DNA of 64,000 bases from an uncultured virus (IMG/VR IMGVR_UViG_3300015607_003164) (IMGVR_UViG_3300015607_003164), one strand, 5' to 3'; counted from the first letter of the stretch, positions 49,712 through 60,183 are shown. Made by a program: numbers and translations. The notes: generated by a model from the letters alone, not told the origin.

Positions 49712-50482
49712 TTATTCTTTATATTTAATAACAAATGACCACACTCTATCATTGATTTCGGTATCATCATTTAATTCAATAGTTTTGTAAGGATTGTGAC
49801 TGTTTTTATCATTAACTACTTTTCTCCACATAAAACCTAAATACTTATCCCCTAAATAATCTTTAATTCTTAAAGCATACTCTTTTAACTCTGACCAAGG
49901 TAAATCAACCCATTCAGATGGTCTCATTACATCCCTTACTACAATAGCTTTAACATCACTTGGTTCGCCAGTAACAGCATATAGAACATCATCTTCATAT
50001 ATAACTCGATAACCCATATCTTGTAACTCAAGTAGAATATCTTTTAAGTCTTGTTCAGTTGATTCTTTTAATAAGTTATACTTCTTTAAGTATCTTAAAT
50101 GACCAATAAACTCTTTATCCAATTCTTTTGAGAAAGATATGTTATAAGTTATATTACCTAACATCATGTCAAAATAAGCAGTAGATCTATCACCTCTATT
50201 AATATAAGTAAATCCTTGAGATGCCATATACTCAATCAATCTTTCATGTATATCATTCATAGTAGATTTGTATTCTTCTAATCTTCCCTTCAAATCAAGA
50301 GGCATTTTATAAACACAAGTAATAGTTATTTTATCATCTTTATATGATTTCTCTACATCAGAATTACCAAATGTATGTTGGGCTTCTAACATAATATCTT
50401 TACAAGTAGAAATAATTTCTTCTATTTGTTCTTTAGTATCATGTATAGATTCAAATAATTGATATGTCTTTATATGTTTCAT
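49712..50482 (-). CDS. Capsid-tag protein with two KDILLEL domains and an internal tag
   Basis: MKHIKTYQLFES..TCKDIMLE; internal LRYLKKYNLLKES..DLKDILLELQDMGY. Confidence 0.75.
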   Translation of the reverse strand: MKHIKTYQLFESIHDTKEQIEEIISTCKDIMLEAQHTFGNSDVEKSYKDDKITITCVYKMPLDLKGRLEEYKSTMNDIHERLIEYMASQGFTYINRGDRSTAYFDMMLGNITYNISFSKELDKEFIGHLRYLKKYNLLKESTEQDLKDILLELQDMGYRVIYEDDVLYAVTGEPSDVKAIVVRDVMRPSEWVDLPWSELKEYALRIKDYLGDKYLGFMWRKVVNDKNSHNPYKTIELNDDTEINDRVWSFVIKYKE

Positions 50483-51384
50483 TACACTAATTTTATTATA
50501 TAGTCATAGTTATAACCATCATCTATAATTTCTTCACTAATTACTAATTCTTTACCGATAAGGTCTTGAACCTTTTCTTTTAAACTTAATACTTCATTCC
50601 AGAAACGGTCTTTCTCATTTTGTTGTATATTAAACACAATCATATAATCAATTGTCTTATCACCTATTTCATCCGGATTAGAAGTATCAACATCTGTTGA
50701 TCTAGATTCTTGCATTCTAAATACCCAAAACTTATGTTCAGGATAAACAGTATCGCCATCATCACTAAATGTCTCATCAGTCTTTGATACAATCTTAAAC
50801 TCATCAAATATATCTGATTGAAGAATATACATAAGGTCAATATATCTTTCATTGTTTTGCTTTCTTAACCAATCAAATGAAGTATTACCAGATTCATAAA
50901 CATCACCATATACCCTTCTACTTATCATTTCAATCTTAAAGTGTATAGAGTTAGCCATAGGTTTATCACCAAAAGGTCCCCAATCCATCACTGAATCTTT
51001 TACATTGATATAATCTCTTGAATTATCTTTTCTACATTTAACAACGGCATTATAACCCTTCTCATCTAAATAAGACGTAATTCTTTGGCAGAAGTCTTCA
51101 ATCCAAGGATAATATATCTTTTCTAAACCACCTTCTTCATTTTGGTTGGATTTAGTTATATTGATAGATGGATATTTATTATCTTTATATAAACTATTAC
51201 TCGTTTGATAAGGTGGCCACCACTGATAAGAAACATTATAACCTTCATCTTTTAACTCAAAAGCCATATCATAGATATCCATTTGCATATCACGAGGAAT
51301 GGTTAAGTCTTTAGTCCAAGACCATTTAGTTGGATCTAAAGGAGCGTCCGCTTCAAATATTTTATATGATTTTAAGTATCTCAT
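50482..51384 (-). CDS. Capsid-tag two-domain protein
   Basis: MRYLKSYKIFEA; DIYDMAFELKDEGY; internal VYES. Confidence 0.75.
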   Translation of the reverse strand: MRYLKSYKIFEADAPLDPTKWSWTKDLTIPRDMQMDIYDMAFELKDEGYNVSYQWWPPYQTSNSLYKDNKYPSINITKSNQNEEGGLEKIYYPWIEDFCQRITSYLDEKGYNAVVKCRKDNSRDYINVKDSVMDWGPFGDKPMANSIHFKIEMISRRVYGDVYESGNTSFDWLRKQNNERYIDLMYILQSDIFDEFKIVSKTDETFSDDGDTVYPEHKFWVFRMQESRSTDVDTSNPDEIGDKTIDYMIVFNIQQNEKDRFWNEVLSLKEKVQDLIGKELVISEEIIDDGYNYDYIIKLV

Positions 51385-51911
51385 TCTTCTATCTCATTTT
51401 TATCTACCAATTGAATCATATATCCAGTAGTACCAAAATCAGGACTTAAAAATCCTGAGAACTTCTTTTCAGCTCTTATATTTAATTTATACTCTGATAA
51501 ACCATCATTTATAAAATCAATTAAATCTCCTAACTCTTCAAAATCTTTATTATGATTTTTATAACAAATAACATTTATAGAAGCACCAAATAATTCATAA
51601 GGTATATTATTATCAGTTCTAAACTTGTCCCACATATCATAATCTACTTTATTCAAACCTTTTTCATTATCAATGAATAACTCATATTGCCAACTGAAAC
51701 CTTCTGATTTAACAAGATGTCTCCACTCTTTATCTAAATTAAATAAACTTGATATAGAATATCTAATCTCAAATTGAGGTACATCTAATTCATCTAATAA
51801 AGATGTTAGAACTTCTCTTAGATGTATAGGTTCTACACCAAACAAATCTTGTATTAAAAACTCATTGGTTTCTTTAGATTCAAATATCTTGTATGACTTT
51901 AAGTATCTCAT
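51381..51911 (-). CDS. Capsid-tag protein
   Basis: Start 51911 MRYLKSYKIFES. Confidence 0.75.
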   Translation of the reverse strand: MRYLKSYKIFESKETNEFLIQDLFGVEPIHLREVLTSLLDELDVPQFEIRYSISSLFNLDKEWRHLVKSEGFSWQYELFIDNEKGLNKVDYDMWDKFRTDNNIPYELFGASINVICYKNHNKDFEELGDLIDFINDGLSEYKLNIRAEKKFSGFLSPDFGTTGYMIQLVDKNEIEE

Positions 51912-52828
51912 TACTTCCACTCCCATTCTATTTTATTCTTTACATTTAATTGAAAAGTATCTATTACCTCATCTAATTTCATCTTATCCATATCTTTAAC
52001 AATATTTGTAATCTCTCTAATAACCGATTGATCATATTTTATATCTGACTTATTTAATGAACCCCAATTATATAACTTCTTAGTTTTATTTATAATAGAA
52101 AAACCTACTATCAACGTACCATAGTCTGGCGTTTCAATCATTAAATCTATCGTAGGATAATAGGTGGATAAACTAGCATTACCCTTCTTAGAATAATTCT
52201 TATTAAAGTATTCAACAAAACCTCTCGGTGGTGGGCCACCGCCCCAACTCTTTTCCTTTACATAAAACTCATTATACTTTTCAATAAGGTCTTTAATAGA
52301 TTTTTCATCTGTAATAAACTCTCTATTAAAATCAAAAGCCATAGTAGTATCTGCTTCAAATATTTGATAACGTGCCATTGTATCAGTATCATCATTAGAC
52401 TCACGAATAACATGGTCTATCTTTTGAAAGAATGATATTTGACAATTAACAACATAACCAGGTTTGTCTGCTAATACCTTACCATTACATTCTATTTCAG
52501 TATATGATTGAATACCAATACCACCTCTTGTTTTACACTTAATAGAATATTGCCATCCCCTTTCAGTCATATAATCAATTAATCTTCTAATCACTTCTTC
52601 TATATTAGAATACTTTAATTCATAACTAATATTATGTAAAATAGCAATTGTAATAACATCTTCACATAACTTATTACTAACCTTTAAAACATCAGCAACG
52701 TCTTTATGAACTTGATAACCATCATCTTCTAACTCAAGAAGAATATCAGATATATCATTCCAAACATCATCAGTTAATTCAGTGTAGCCAATAGTTTCAA
52801 ATAGTTTATATGATTTTAAGTATTTCAT
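51911..52828 (-). CDS. Capsid-tag two-domain protein
   Basis: MKYLKSYKLFET; DISDILLELEDDGY; internal VIRES..MARYQIFEA. Confidence 0.75.
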   Translation of the reverse strand: MKYLKSYKLFETIGYTELTDDVWNDISDILLELEDDGYQVHKDVADVLKVSNKLCEDVITIAILHNISYELKYSNIEEVIRRLIDYMTERGWQYSIKCKTRGGIGIQSYTEIECNGKVLADKPGYVVNCQISFFQKIDHVIRESNDDTDTMARYQIFEADTTMAFDFNREFITDEKSIKDLIEKYNEFYVKEKSWGGGPPPRGFVEYFNKNYSKKGNASLSTYYPTIDLMIETPDYGTLIVGFSIINKTKKLYNWGSLNKSDIKYDQSVIREITNIVKDMDKMKLDEVIDTFQLNVKNKIEWEWK

Positions 52829-53250
52829 TATTTGTATTTAAATATTAAGTGTATAAGTCTTTGGTATTCTTCACCCCACTCATCTTGCTCTTTTTCAATA
52901 TCAAAATGAATATCAATATGTGGGTAATCATCTTTTATTTTATTAATACAAGATTTAATATCTAAATACTTTTCATTTAAGATATCAATCTCTTTAAGAT
53001 ATTCATCAATGTTTCTTATACTACGAATCATAGGTTCATCAATAAATATCTCCCAATAATCTTCAATATGGTCTTCAGTTGTATCAAATTCAACAGTAGC
53101 ACCTTCATCAATAAAATCAGCAAATACTAAATTAAAATACTCAGGGTCGATTTGTTTCTTAACCTTTTGAGGCTCAGTACTTCCCCAGTCAGTCATATCT
53201 TTATACTGAATGGTATTTAATTTAGCTTCATTTTTTTTCAAGTATTTCAT
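52828..53250 (-). CDS. Capsid-tag protein
   Basis: MKYLKKNEA; FNLVFADFIDEG. Confidence 0.7.
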   Translation of the reverse strand: MKYLKKNEAKLNTIQYKDMTDWGSTEPQKVKKQIDPEYFNLVFADFIDEGATVEFDTTEDHIEDYWEIFIDEPMIRSIRNIDEYLKEIDILNEKYLDIKSCINKIKDDYPHIDIHFDIEKEQDEWGEEYQRLIHLIFKYK

Positions 53251-53618
53251 TTCCAAAATTCTATTCTTATAAAGTTATTAGACCAAACATCTAAATCAGA
53301 TAAATCATCTGGAGTTATTTCTTCAATTTGATCATCTTCATCCATTTCAAATGTGATTTGATAATTAGTAAAGCCTTCACTATTCATAAAGTCAATTGAT
53401 CTTTCAATAGCCTCTATTACCACTGGTGGAGGTGTTTGACCTTCTAATTCATATTCTTCATCCTCATCTACAGTTTGTATAATAACAACCCACTTACCTT
53501 GTTGAGAATCAGCCCAACATTCAGCTTTCCAAAGCGGTTCATCATTAATCTCAAGAAGAATATCTTGTAGGTCAGCACCCGCAGATTCAAATAATTTATA
53601 TGATTTTAAATGTTTCAT
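53247..53618 (-). CDS. Capsid-tag protein, KDILLEL family
   Basis: MKHLKSYKLFES; DLQDILLEIND; IERSIDFMNSEGF. Confidence 0.75.
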   Translation of the reverse strand: MKHLKSYKLFESAGADLQDILLEINDEPLWKAECWADSQQGKWVVIIQTVDEDEEYELEGQTPPPVVIEAIERSIDFMNSEGFTNYQITFEMDEDDQIEEITPDDLSDLDVWSNNFIRIEFWK

Positions 53619-53914
53619 ATTCCTCTAACATCGTGTATTGATTGTGGTGGCACTTCAGCCATATCAGATATATCAAAGCAAAGACTTTCATCTTTACAAA
53701 CTTCTTTCTCAACTTCAACAAAAGCACCTGTCATTTTAACACCAGCTTCAAAGCCTTCTATCCACTCATCAATTTTATCGTGGTAGTAATCACCATACTT
53801 TTCTAATTGACCATTAACATATAGCGCAACCACACCATCTCCACCACCTCTAAAATCAACTACAGTTAGTCTGTATGTTGAACTATTTTCATTATATTTT
53901 CTTAAATGTTTCAT
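53615..53914 (-). CDS. Capsid-tag hypothetical protein
   Basis: Start 53914 MKHLRKYNEN. Confidence 0.7.
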   Translation of the reverse strand: MKHLRKYNENSSTYRLTVVDFRGGGDGVVALYVNGQLEKYGDYYHDKIDEWIEGFEAGVKMTGAFVEVEKEVCKDESLCFDISDMAEVPPQSIHDVRGI

Positions 53915-54297
53915 TGTCCCTTCCATTTTTTACCTTTGTGTTTAATGTCATCTATCCAGATATTAATAGTACCACCATCTGTGTTAAATAAATCTTGTAC
54001 TCTTACTTCTCTATCTAAAGCTTCTTGTAATCTTTTACCACAATCAATAATATCATTGAAGTATTTCATTCGCTTATCAAGATTAACTATCTTAGTAGTT
54101 GCATCATTATAAACAGGCAAAGGCTGTATTTTAATAACTGTATAAGTTTCAGTATCAAACTTTTCAACAACGATATCGCCTTCAATAGAAGGATATTCAT
54201 GTTTTAACTCTAATATGATTTCTTTAATTAAAGTCATATCAGGGTCAAAATGAAAAGCATCATTCTTAGCCTCGTTGTATTTCTTTATATGTTTCAT
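53911..54297 (-). CDS. Capsid-tag protein, KDILLEL-like
   Basis: Start 54297 MKHIKKYNEA after TATATATA; LIKEIILELKHE. Confidence 0.7.
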   Translation of the reverse strand: MKHIKKYNEAKNDAFHFDPDMTLIKEIILELKHEYPSIEGDIVVEKFDTETYTVIKIQPLPVYNDATTKIVNLDKRMKYFNDIIDCGKRLQEALDREVRVQDLFNTDGGTINIWIDDIKHKGKKWKGQ

Positions 54298-54330
54298 TAG
54301 TGTATATATAAAAAATCTGAACCAGAATAA

Positions 54331-54356
54331 AAAACCCACTCGTTTGAGTGGGTTTT
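54331..54356. terminator. Intrinsic terminator
   Basis: AAAACCCACTC-GTTT-GAGTGGGTTTT. Confidence 0.9.
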
Positions 54357-54360
54357 AATT

Positions 54361-54927
54361 TTACTTTTTATTTAGCTTATAACTCTTATTAAAAAAACAT
54401 CCGTGGTCATCTTCAATCTTTACTGTATAGGTGTCTGGTTTTAGATTATCCAATTGCATCGCATATATTTCATTTTCATTTAGTATAGAACCAGAACTAT
54501 TTGTCCAGATGATTAAGTAAGGTTGTAAAATAGTAGTACCACCTTTAACATCAACTGATAACGATCCACCATTCGGTGTATCTAAAGAAGGATATGAATT
54601 AACCGTAAATTTAACACTAATGGCTTTTGGCTCAGTTACTACTATCTTTACAGATTTGAATAACTTACCATCTAAAGTGGCCGATATTTTATAAGCACCT
54701 GGTTCTAATCCCTTAAAAAACCCGGAAGGATTAGCATCTGTAAATTTACCTTTAGATATTATATACTTATAATTACCTTCTGGAAAACAAGTAGCTTGTA
54801 TCGAACCATCTTTGTTTCCTTTACAAGAAACTTCTTGGTCTAACATAGCACTTAATTTAAAGTCTTGAGACTTAGCATTTAGTTGGGTGATTGCTACTAA
54901 TAGTAACAATATAATTTTTTTCATCAT
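54361..54927 (-). CDS. Secreted SprB-repeat protein
   Basis: Signal peptide; VSCKGNKDGSI, GL.PG.Y, VTEP, GGT..PY..W, L...TYTV.I.D..GC. Confidence 0.75.
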   Translation of the reverse strand: MMKKIILLLLVAITQLNAKSQDFKLSAMLDQEVSCKGNKDGSIQATCFPEGNYKYIISKGKFTDANPSGFFKGLEPGAYKISATLDGKLFKSVKIVVTEPKAISVKFTVNSYPSLDTPNGGSLSVDVKGGTTILQPYLIIWTNSSGSILNENEIYAMQLDNLKPDTYTVKIEDDHGCFFNKSYKLNKK

Positions 54928-55029
54928 AACGTTTTTATTTTTATATATTGTCTTATTTTAATTTATATCATTGATAATCAATACTTTAACATGAGATTAA
55001 CCAAAGTTAAAAATTATTATATATAACTT

Positions 55030-55689
55030 ATGGAATCAAAGGATAAATTAGATTTAATTAAATGGTTTTTAGGATCATTTGTAGTAGTAATTATGACTAC
55101 TATTATATCATATCATTTTCAAGATAGAGAACACGGTCTTAATGAAATGAACCAGTATGATAAATATGTAACTGAATTAATTGTCTTAAACAAAGACTTA
55201 GGTAAAAGAAGATTATTAGCTCAATACTTTGCTTATGTTACACCAAGTGAAAAGTTAAGAAAGCCTTGGATGGATTATTATTTATTATTAGATGAAGAGT
55301 ATAAACATTTACAAATACAAGATTCGATTATTACACAACAGTTAGTTACATCAAATGATACAATCACTAAACAACACTTATTAGAAAAAAGTCAGCAGAT
55401 AAAACAAAAGTTAGATGATGACTTAGTTATGCCTGGTGATAGCAAATCAGATGAAGCCGCAAGACTTGAAAGATTAGGATTTGAATCGGTATTGAATGGT
55501 GATATACAATCCGCTATTAATTACTTTCAACAATGTGAATCAGTTTATCCAAGTTATCACTCATCATATGAAATCATTAAATACTTAAAAGATAATAAAA
55601 ATGCGGATAAAAAATCTTTATGTAATGGTTTATTAAAATTCACTTGGAAGGTACCAAGTGATATAGTTGAAAGACTAAAGTCTATTTAA
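55030..55689 (+). CDS. Membrane-anchored helical protein
   Basis: N-terminal TM; TPR-like C-terminus. Confidence 0.6.
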   Translation: MESKDKLDLIKWFLGSFVVVIMTTIISYHFQDREHGLNEMNQYDKYVTELIVLNKDLGKRRLLAQYFAYVTPSEKLRKPWMDYYLLLDEEYKHLQIQDSIITQQLVTSNDTITKQHLLEKSQQIKQKLDDDLVMPGDSKSDEAARLERLGFESVLNGDIQSAINYFQQCESVYPSYHSSYEIIKYLKDNKNADKKSLCNGLLKFTWKVPSDIVERLKSI

Positions 55690-55824
55690 AAATTTTGTAC
55701 TGTTAAATATTATTTGTATATTTACATGATAAATGTAATAGTGTATTTACTCATGTAGAGCCTGTATTTGCTCATTTACTTTACCAATCATTTGTTTTTA
55801 TTAACCTTACAAAATATATATCCT

Positions 55825-55908
55825 ATGAAACGTCAAGACATTATTGCTATTGGAGCGGTTATCGCTTGGTTTGCATTTATAACAATTGTTGCTGCATTTT
55901 TTGTATAA
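55825..55908 (+). CDS. 27-aa single-TM peptide
   Basis: MKRQDIIAIGAVIAWFAFITIVAAFFV, 4 nt after AATATATA. Confidence 0.55.
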   Translation: MKRQDIIAIGAVIAWFAFITIVAAFFV

Positions 55909-55982
55909 AATTTTTTAGATAAAATTAAGAAAGAGAAGGTCAAAAGCCTTTACTTTTTATTTCATAGTAAAATATATAAACT

Positions 55983-56345
55983 ATGAAAATAATAACCACT
56001 GCACTACTTATAATAATATCTACTATATCAAAATGTCAAGATACAATCTACTTTGATAAAATATCTATAAATATTCAGGATAATGTAAATGAGTATGATT
56101 TATTCGGATATTGGACATATAACGACACAATATCAACTCACTATTATGAGGGATTATCTAAACCATTTGTTTATAAAGGTAAATTACATAATAATGTTTT
56201 TACTTACTATGATAAGTGGTATAATAAGAATGATATTGTTTTTATGACTGATGGTAGAGTTCTTTTATTTAAAGCAAATTATTATCCAGAATATTATGTT
56301 TTTTATCCATTTAATTATAAAAAGATAAGAAAGATTAAATTTTAA
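55983..56345 (+). CDS. Secreted hypothetical protein
   Basis: Signal-peptide-like N-terminus. Confidence 0.6.
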   Translation: MKIITTALLIIISTISKCQDTIYFDKISINIQDNVNEYDLFGYWTYNDTISTHYYEGLSKPFVYKGKLHNNVFTYYDKWYNKNDIVFMTDGRVLLFKANYYPEYYVFYPFNYKKIRKIKF

Positions 56346-56405
56346 TAATTAAACCACTTGGTTACATTTTTATTAAACAATTAGTACTCTCCATATTATA
56401 ATAGT

Positions 56406-57044
56406 ATGGAAAAATTTTACAACATTGAAGAACAACGATTCTGGAATGATGAATCAAATTGGGTAAGAGGCGGACACGAATGGTCTGACCACTTTGGCTC
56501 AACAGAAAAATTATGGAATGAATACATCTTTGATGATGTAAAACCATTCCGTGATAAAAAAATACTTGAGATAGCACCAGGTTATGGTCGTATGACTCAA
56601 TTCTTATCCTTGATGGCTTCAGAGCTACAAGTTATTGATATGAATCAAACTTGCTTGGACAAAACTAAAGAAAAGCTAAAACATCACGTTAGTAAATATC
56701 ATCTTAATGATGGTAAATCATTAACAAATTGCCCTGATGGCTATTTTGACTTAGTATTTTCTTTTGACTCTTTTGTACATATGCACGCTAATGTTATTGA
56801 AGAATATGTAAAAGAAATTAACCGAGTTCTTAAACCAGGTGGTACGGCTTATATTCATCACTCTTGGTTTACTGGTGGTATGGAATTCTCATTTAGAAAT
56901 GTGGCAGGTAGATCTAATATGAGTCCTGAGTTAATGAAATCTTTTGTTGAGGATAATAATATGCAAGTAGTAAATCAAAAAAGTATTCAATTCTCTAAAA
57001 CAGTTGATGCTATAACCATTTTCTCAAAACCAGAAATTATTTAA
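56406..57044 (+). CDS. Class I SAM-dependent methyltransferase
   Basis: ILEIAPGYGR, NDGKSL, FDLVFSFDSFVH, RVLKPGG. Confidence 0.9.
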   Translation: MEKFYNIEEQRFWNDESNWVRGGHEWSDHFGSTEKLWNEYIFDDVKPFRDKKILEIAPGYGRMTQFLSLMASELQVIDMNQTCLDKTKEKLKHHVSKYHLNDGKSLTNCPDGYFDLVFSFDSFVHMHANVIEEYVKEINRVLKPGGTAYIHHSWFTGGMEFSFRNVAGRSNMSPELMKSFVEDNNMQVVNQKSIQFSKTVDAITIFSKPEII

Positions 57045-57652
57045 TGTCTGAAATTATAGAACCTCATCCACTCTTACTTGAATATTTAGAGATAGCCTAC
57101 AATTTATCTCCTTATATTAATAATGATTTGGATGAGTTCTTTAATGCAGGAGAATGGCATTATATACAATCTGATTTAGAAACTAATATCTTTCTCTTAA
57201 AAAGACTACAAGAAATAAACTTATTACCTGATGAGGTTAATATTTGCGATTGTGGAATTGGATTAGGTACAGTTCTTTTTGACCTTTACCTACAGTCAAA
57301 AGAATTTGATAAAACATTCACATTCACTGGTATAGAAAAGTATGATAGATATATTGATGCCTTAAATACAAATCTAATTAAATACTGGGATGGTAAATTA
57401 AATCTAATACACGATGATATTATGAATATAGATTATAGTAAATATAATTTTATTTACTTTTATCAACCATTCAAAGTATCAGATAAAGCCATTAAATTTT
57501 ATCTAAAGGTTATCGAAGAAGCTCCTAAAGGAGGTTTAATCTTTGGACTAAATCATTTTCAAATACAAACATATGGTGATTCCGATTTGAATACTAAGTT
57601 CAATAATCTAAAGCCAATTAAAATAGATGATATTATTATATTTCAAAAGTAG
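57044..57652 (+). CDS. SAM-dependent methyltransferase
   Basis: ICDCGIGLG, TGIE, DIM..DYSKYNFIYFYQPF. Confidence 0.8.
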   Translation: MSEIIEPHPLLLEYLEIAYNLSPYINNDLDEFFNAGEWHYIQSDLETNIFLLKRLQEINLLPDEVNICDCGIGLGTVLFDLYLQSKEFDKTFTFTGIEKYDRYIDALNTNLIKYWDGKLNLIHDDIMNIDYSKYNFIYFYQPFKVSDKAIKFYLKVIEEAPKGGLIFGLNHFQIQTYGDSDLNTKFNNLKPIKIDDIIIFQK

Positions 57653-57654
57653 TT

Positions 57655-58233
57655 ATGTTACAAGCAATTTCACCAATAGACGGACGTTATAATTCTAAAG
57701 TAAGTGAGTTAATACCTTACTTCTCTGAAGCAGCACTTATTAAATATCGCATCTTTATCGAGATAGAATACTTTGTTAGATTGTGTGATGTCTTACCGGA
57801 ATTATTCTCAGTTACCACTGAGCAAATATCTTTATTAAGATCTAGAATATCTAAGTTAGATTTAAATGACCTTGATAAGATTAAAAAAATCGAACTGACT
57901 ACTAATCACGATGTTAAAGCCGTTGAATATTTTATCAAAGATATATTCGATGAAATAGGTTTATCAGAACACAAAGAGTTTGTACATTTTGGATTAACCT
58001 CACAAGATATTAATAATATGGCTTATCCTTTAATGATGAAAGATTGCCATGAAAAAGTTATTATACCTATCATTGATTCTACTATTAATAAACTAACTGA
58101 CCTTTATCGTTTATGGGTAGAAGTGCCGATGCTTGCTAGAACACACGGTCAAGTTGCCACACCTACTAAATTAGGTAAAGAAATATTAGTCTTTGTAAAA
58201 AGATTAGAAATGGGTGGTATTCAGAAAATTTAA
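57655..58233 (+). pseudogene. purB: Adenylosuccinate lyase, 3'-truncated
   Basis: AISPIDGRY, TNHDVKAVEYF, HFGLTSQDINN, MLARTHGQ.ATPT.LGKE; ends after RLE, lacking the SSxMPHKxN signature half. Confidence 0.88.
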
Positions 58234-58332
58234 GATAATCAGTTCTTCTATATACTTGTTTAACCCAATTTAATTTTTCTCATAATTTATATATTAAAAA
58301 AAGAAAAGTTGGATGAAAATCCAACTTCTCAA

Positions 58333-60183
58333 TTAAACAATCTCACAAGATCCACCCGAACAGGCTATCTCACCCATTAAGTTTGTCGTATCCTCTATCT
58401 CATACACTTCATTTAGATTTATAATATCTAACTTATTATATAACTCGTCATACTTCTCTTTTGTTATGTCCTCAAAAGGAGCTTGTTTGTATGTGTGGTC
58501 ACTATAAGGAAGAACGCTCAATCCATTATATGAATCTCTATTCTTCCACATCCATTCACCAACATCTACCCACTCATCATCTTTAATTGATATTGTTGCT
58601 GATACATTGTGTGTATTCTGACCATTTGTATGACCCGGTTTTATCCATTCATCATGTATAAATTTAACTCTATTTAATAATGATAATGCTGATTCAGTTC
58701 TAAGTATTGAACCTTCGGGAGCCATTTGTGGCACTGATAGTATAGCAGTATCGTGTGGTCTGAAAAAGTCATCCTCCATTAGCTCAGGAACGTGAGTCAT
58801 TAAGTAAAAGTAAATTGCCTCAGATTTATTTACTCTTAATCTTCTAATATAGAAATCATTATGCCAAGCATGAATACCAGAAGATGTTCCTAATGTTAAT
58901 GATGTCGTTCCTGCTGGTTTAACAGTTGTTGTTCTCGCTGACGCATTTATACCAATCAACTTAGCAACTCTTTTGTTTTCTTCTTTAACAACAGATGCTG
59001 ACATTGCCATATCCATTTTCAATACTCTACCAGATGCAATACCTGTCATTGACACGCCAATAAGTGCTTCTTTCTCGGTTGTCTTTTTCCAAATATCTCT
59101 TAGATAGTGGAAGTTAGTATAGGATGCTTGAAGAGTTCCAATAAATGCCGCCGCTTTAACTCTATTATTCAAATCTTCTTGACTTATAATATCAGAAACA
59201 TTTACCTCACATAGATTACAGAATTGATAAGGTCTAAGAGCGATTTCACAACAAGGATTAGTTCCCCAATCTTTATCGTTAGTGAAATACAATCCAGGCT
59301 CACCAGAACCGGATAATTTTATTCTATTCCATATTTCATTGAAATAATCTTTGGTAACTCTATGTCTTAATAAGACAACACTGTTATTAGCTCTACCTCT
59401 TTGTGGATTTAATTCCCACCAATTACCAGCTTTACTGGACATCATATCCATATCATTGGCGCTGAATAAGGATATAAGAGCTGCTCTTCTTATACCACCA
59501 GCCAATACAGCATCAGCTATATGACATATTAAGTCATGTACCTCAAGTGTTGATAATTTATCACCATCACTTTTTGATTCAAGAATACCTTGTAATTTAA
59601 CAACACATTCTTTTAATGGTTGAGGACCGGGAGCTTTACCACCAGATGTTACAAGTAATGATCCTTTCGCTCTAATATCAGAGAAATCAAACTCAATTGT
59701 TGGGCCACCGAAGAAATAAGACTTCATCAATACCTTAATCGAATCAGCCCATCCTTCTATTGAATCACCAACTAAAAATCTCTTTTTCCTATTTGGATTT
59801 GGTTTCTTTATTTCGGGTAGTTTATCTATATGATGAAACTGAACAGAGTAACCAACACCTGTTCCACCAAGTAGTAAAAACATAACTTCTGAAAAAGACC
59901 TCCAATCATCTATTGGTAGATAAGAACAGTTAAATATTCTATTAGGAGATATTTCAATAGGTCTTCCTGCAAACTGCATTGACCTCATCGATGGTAGTAC
60001 TTTTTTCTGATAAACGTACTGGTAGGCATCTTCTATTTCCTCTTTTAGTTGAGGAAATTTCTTGATGTGCATTCCTTTATTCCTGTCAACTATTTCTTCC
60101 CAGGATTCTCTTCTTCCGTTTAAGTACCTAGCGTACTTCATATAAACGGTAATGTCGCTTAAAATTTTGTTTGATAAATTCAT
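58333..60183 (-). CDS. nrdJ: Class II (AdoCbl-dependent, RTPR-like) ribonucleotide reductase
   Basis: VLPSMR, NC, GGTGVGYS, GGIRRAALI, TNPCCEI, CNLCEVN, VKPAGTTS, C-terminal ACSGGSCE; no ATP cone. Confidence 0.85.
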   Translation of the reverse strand: MNLSNKILSDITVYMKYARYLNGRRESWEEIVDRNKGMHIKKFPQLKEEIEDAYQYVYQKKVLPSMRSMQFAGRPIEISPNRIFNCSYLPIDDWRSFSEVMFLLLGGTGVGYSVQFHHIDKLPEIKKPNPNRKKRFLVGDSIEGWADSIKVLMKSYFFGGPTIEFDFSDIRAKGSLLVTSGGKAPGPQPLKECVVKLQGILESKSDGDKLSTLEVHDLICHIADAVLAGGIRRAALISLFSANDMDMMSSKAGNWWELNPQRGRANNSVVLLRHRVTKDYFNEIWNRIKLSGSGEPGLYFTNDKDWGTNPCCEIALRPYQFCNLCEVNVSDIISQEDLNNRVKAAAFIGTLQASYTNFHYLRDIWKKTTEKEALIGVSMTGIASGRVLKMDMAMSASVVKEENKRVAKLIGINASARTTTVKPAGTTSLTLGTSSGIHAWHNDFYIRRLRVNKSEAIYFYLMTHVPELMEDDFFRPHDTAILSVPQMAPEGSILRTESALSLLNRVKFIHDEWIKPGHTNGQNTHNVSATISIKDDEWVDVGEWMWKNRDSYNGLSVLPYSDHTYKQAPFEDITKEKYDELYNKLDIINLNEVYEIEDTTNLMGEIACSGGSCEIV

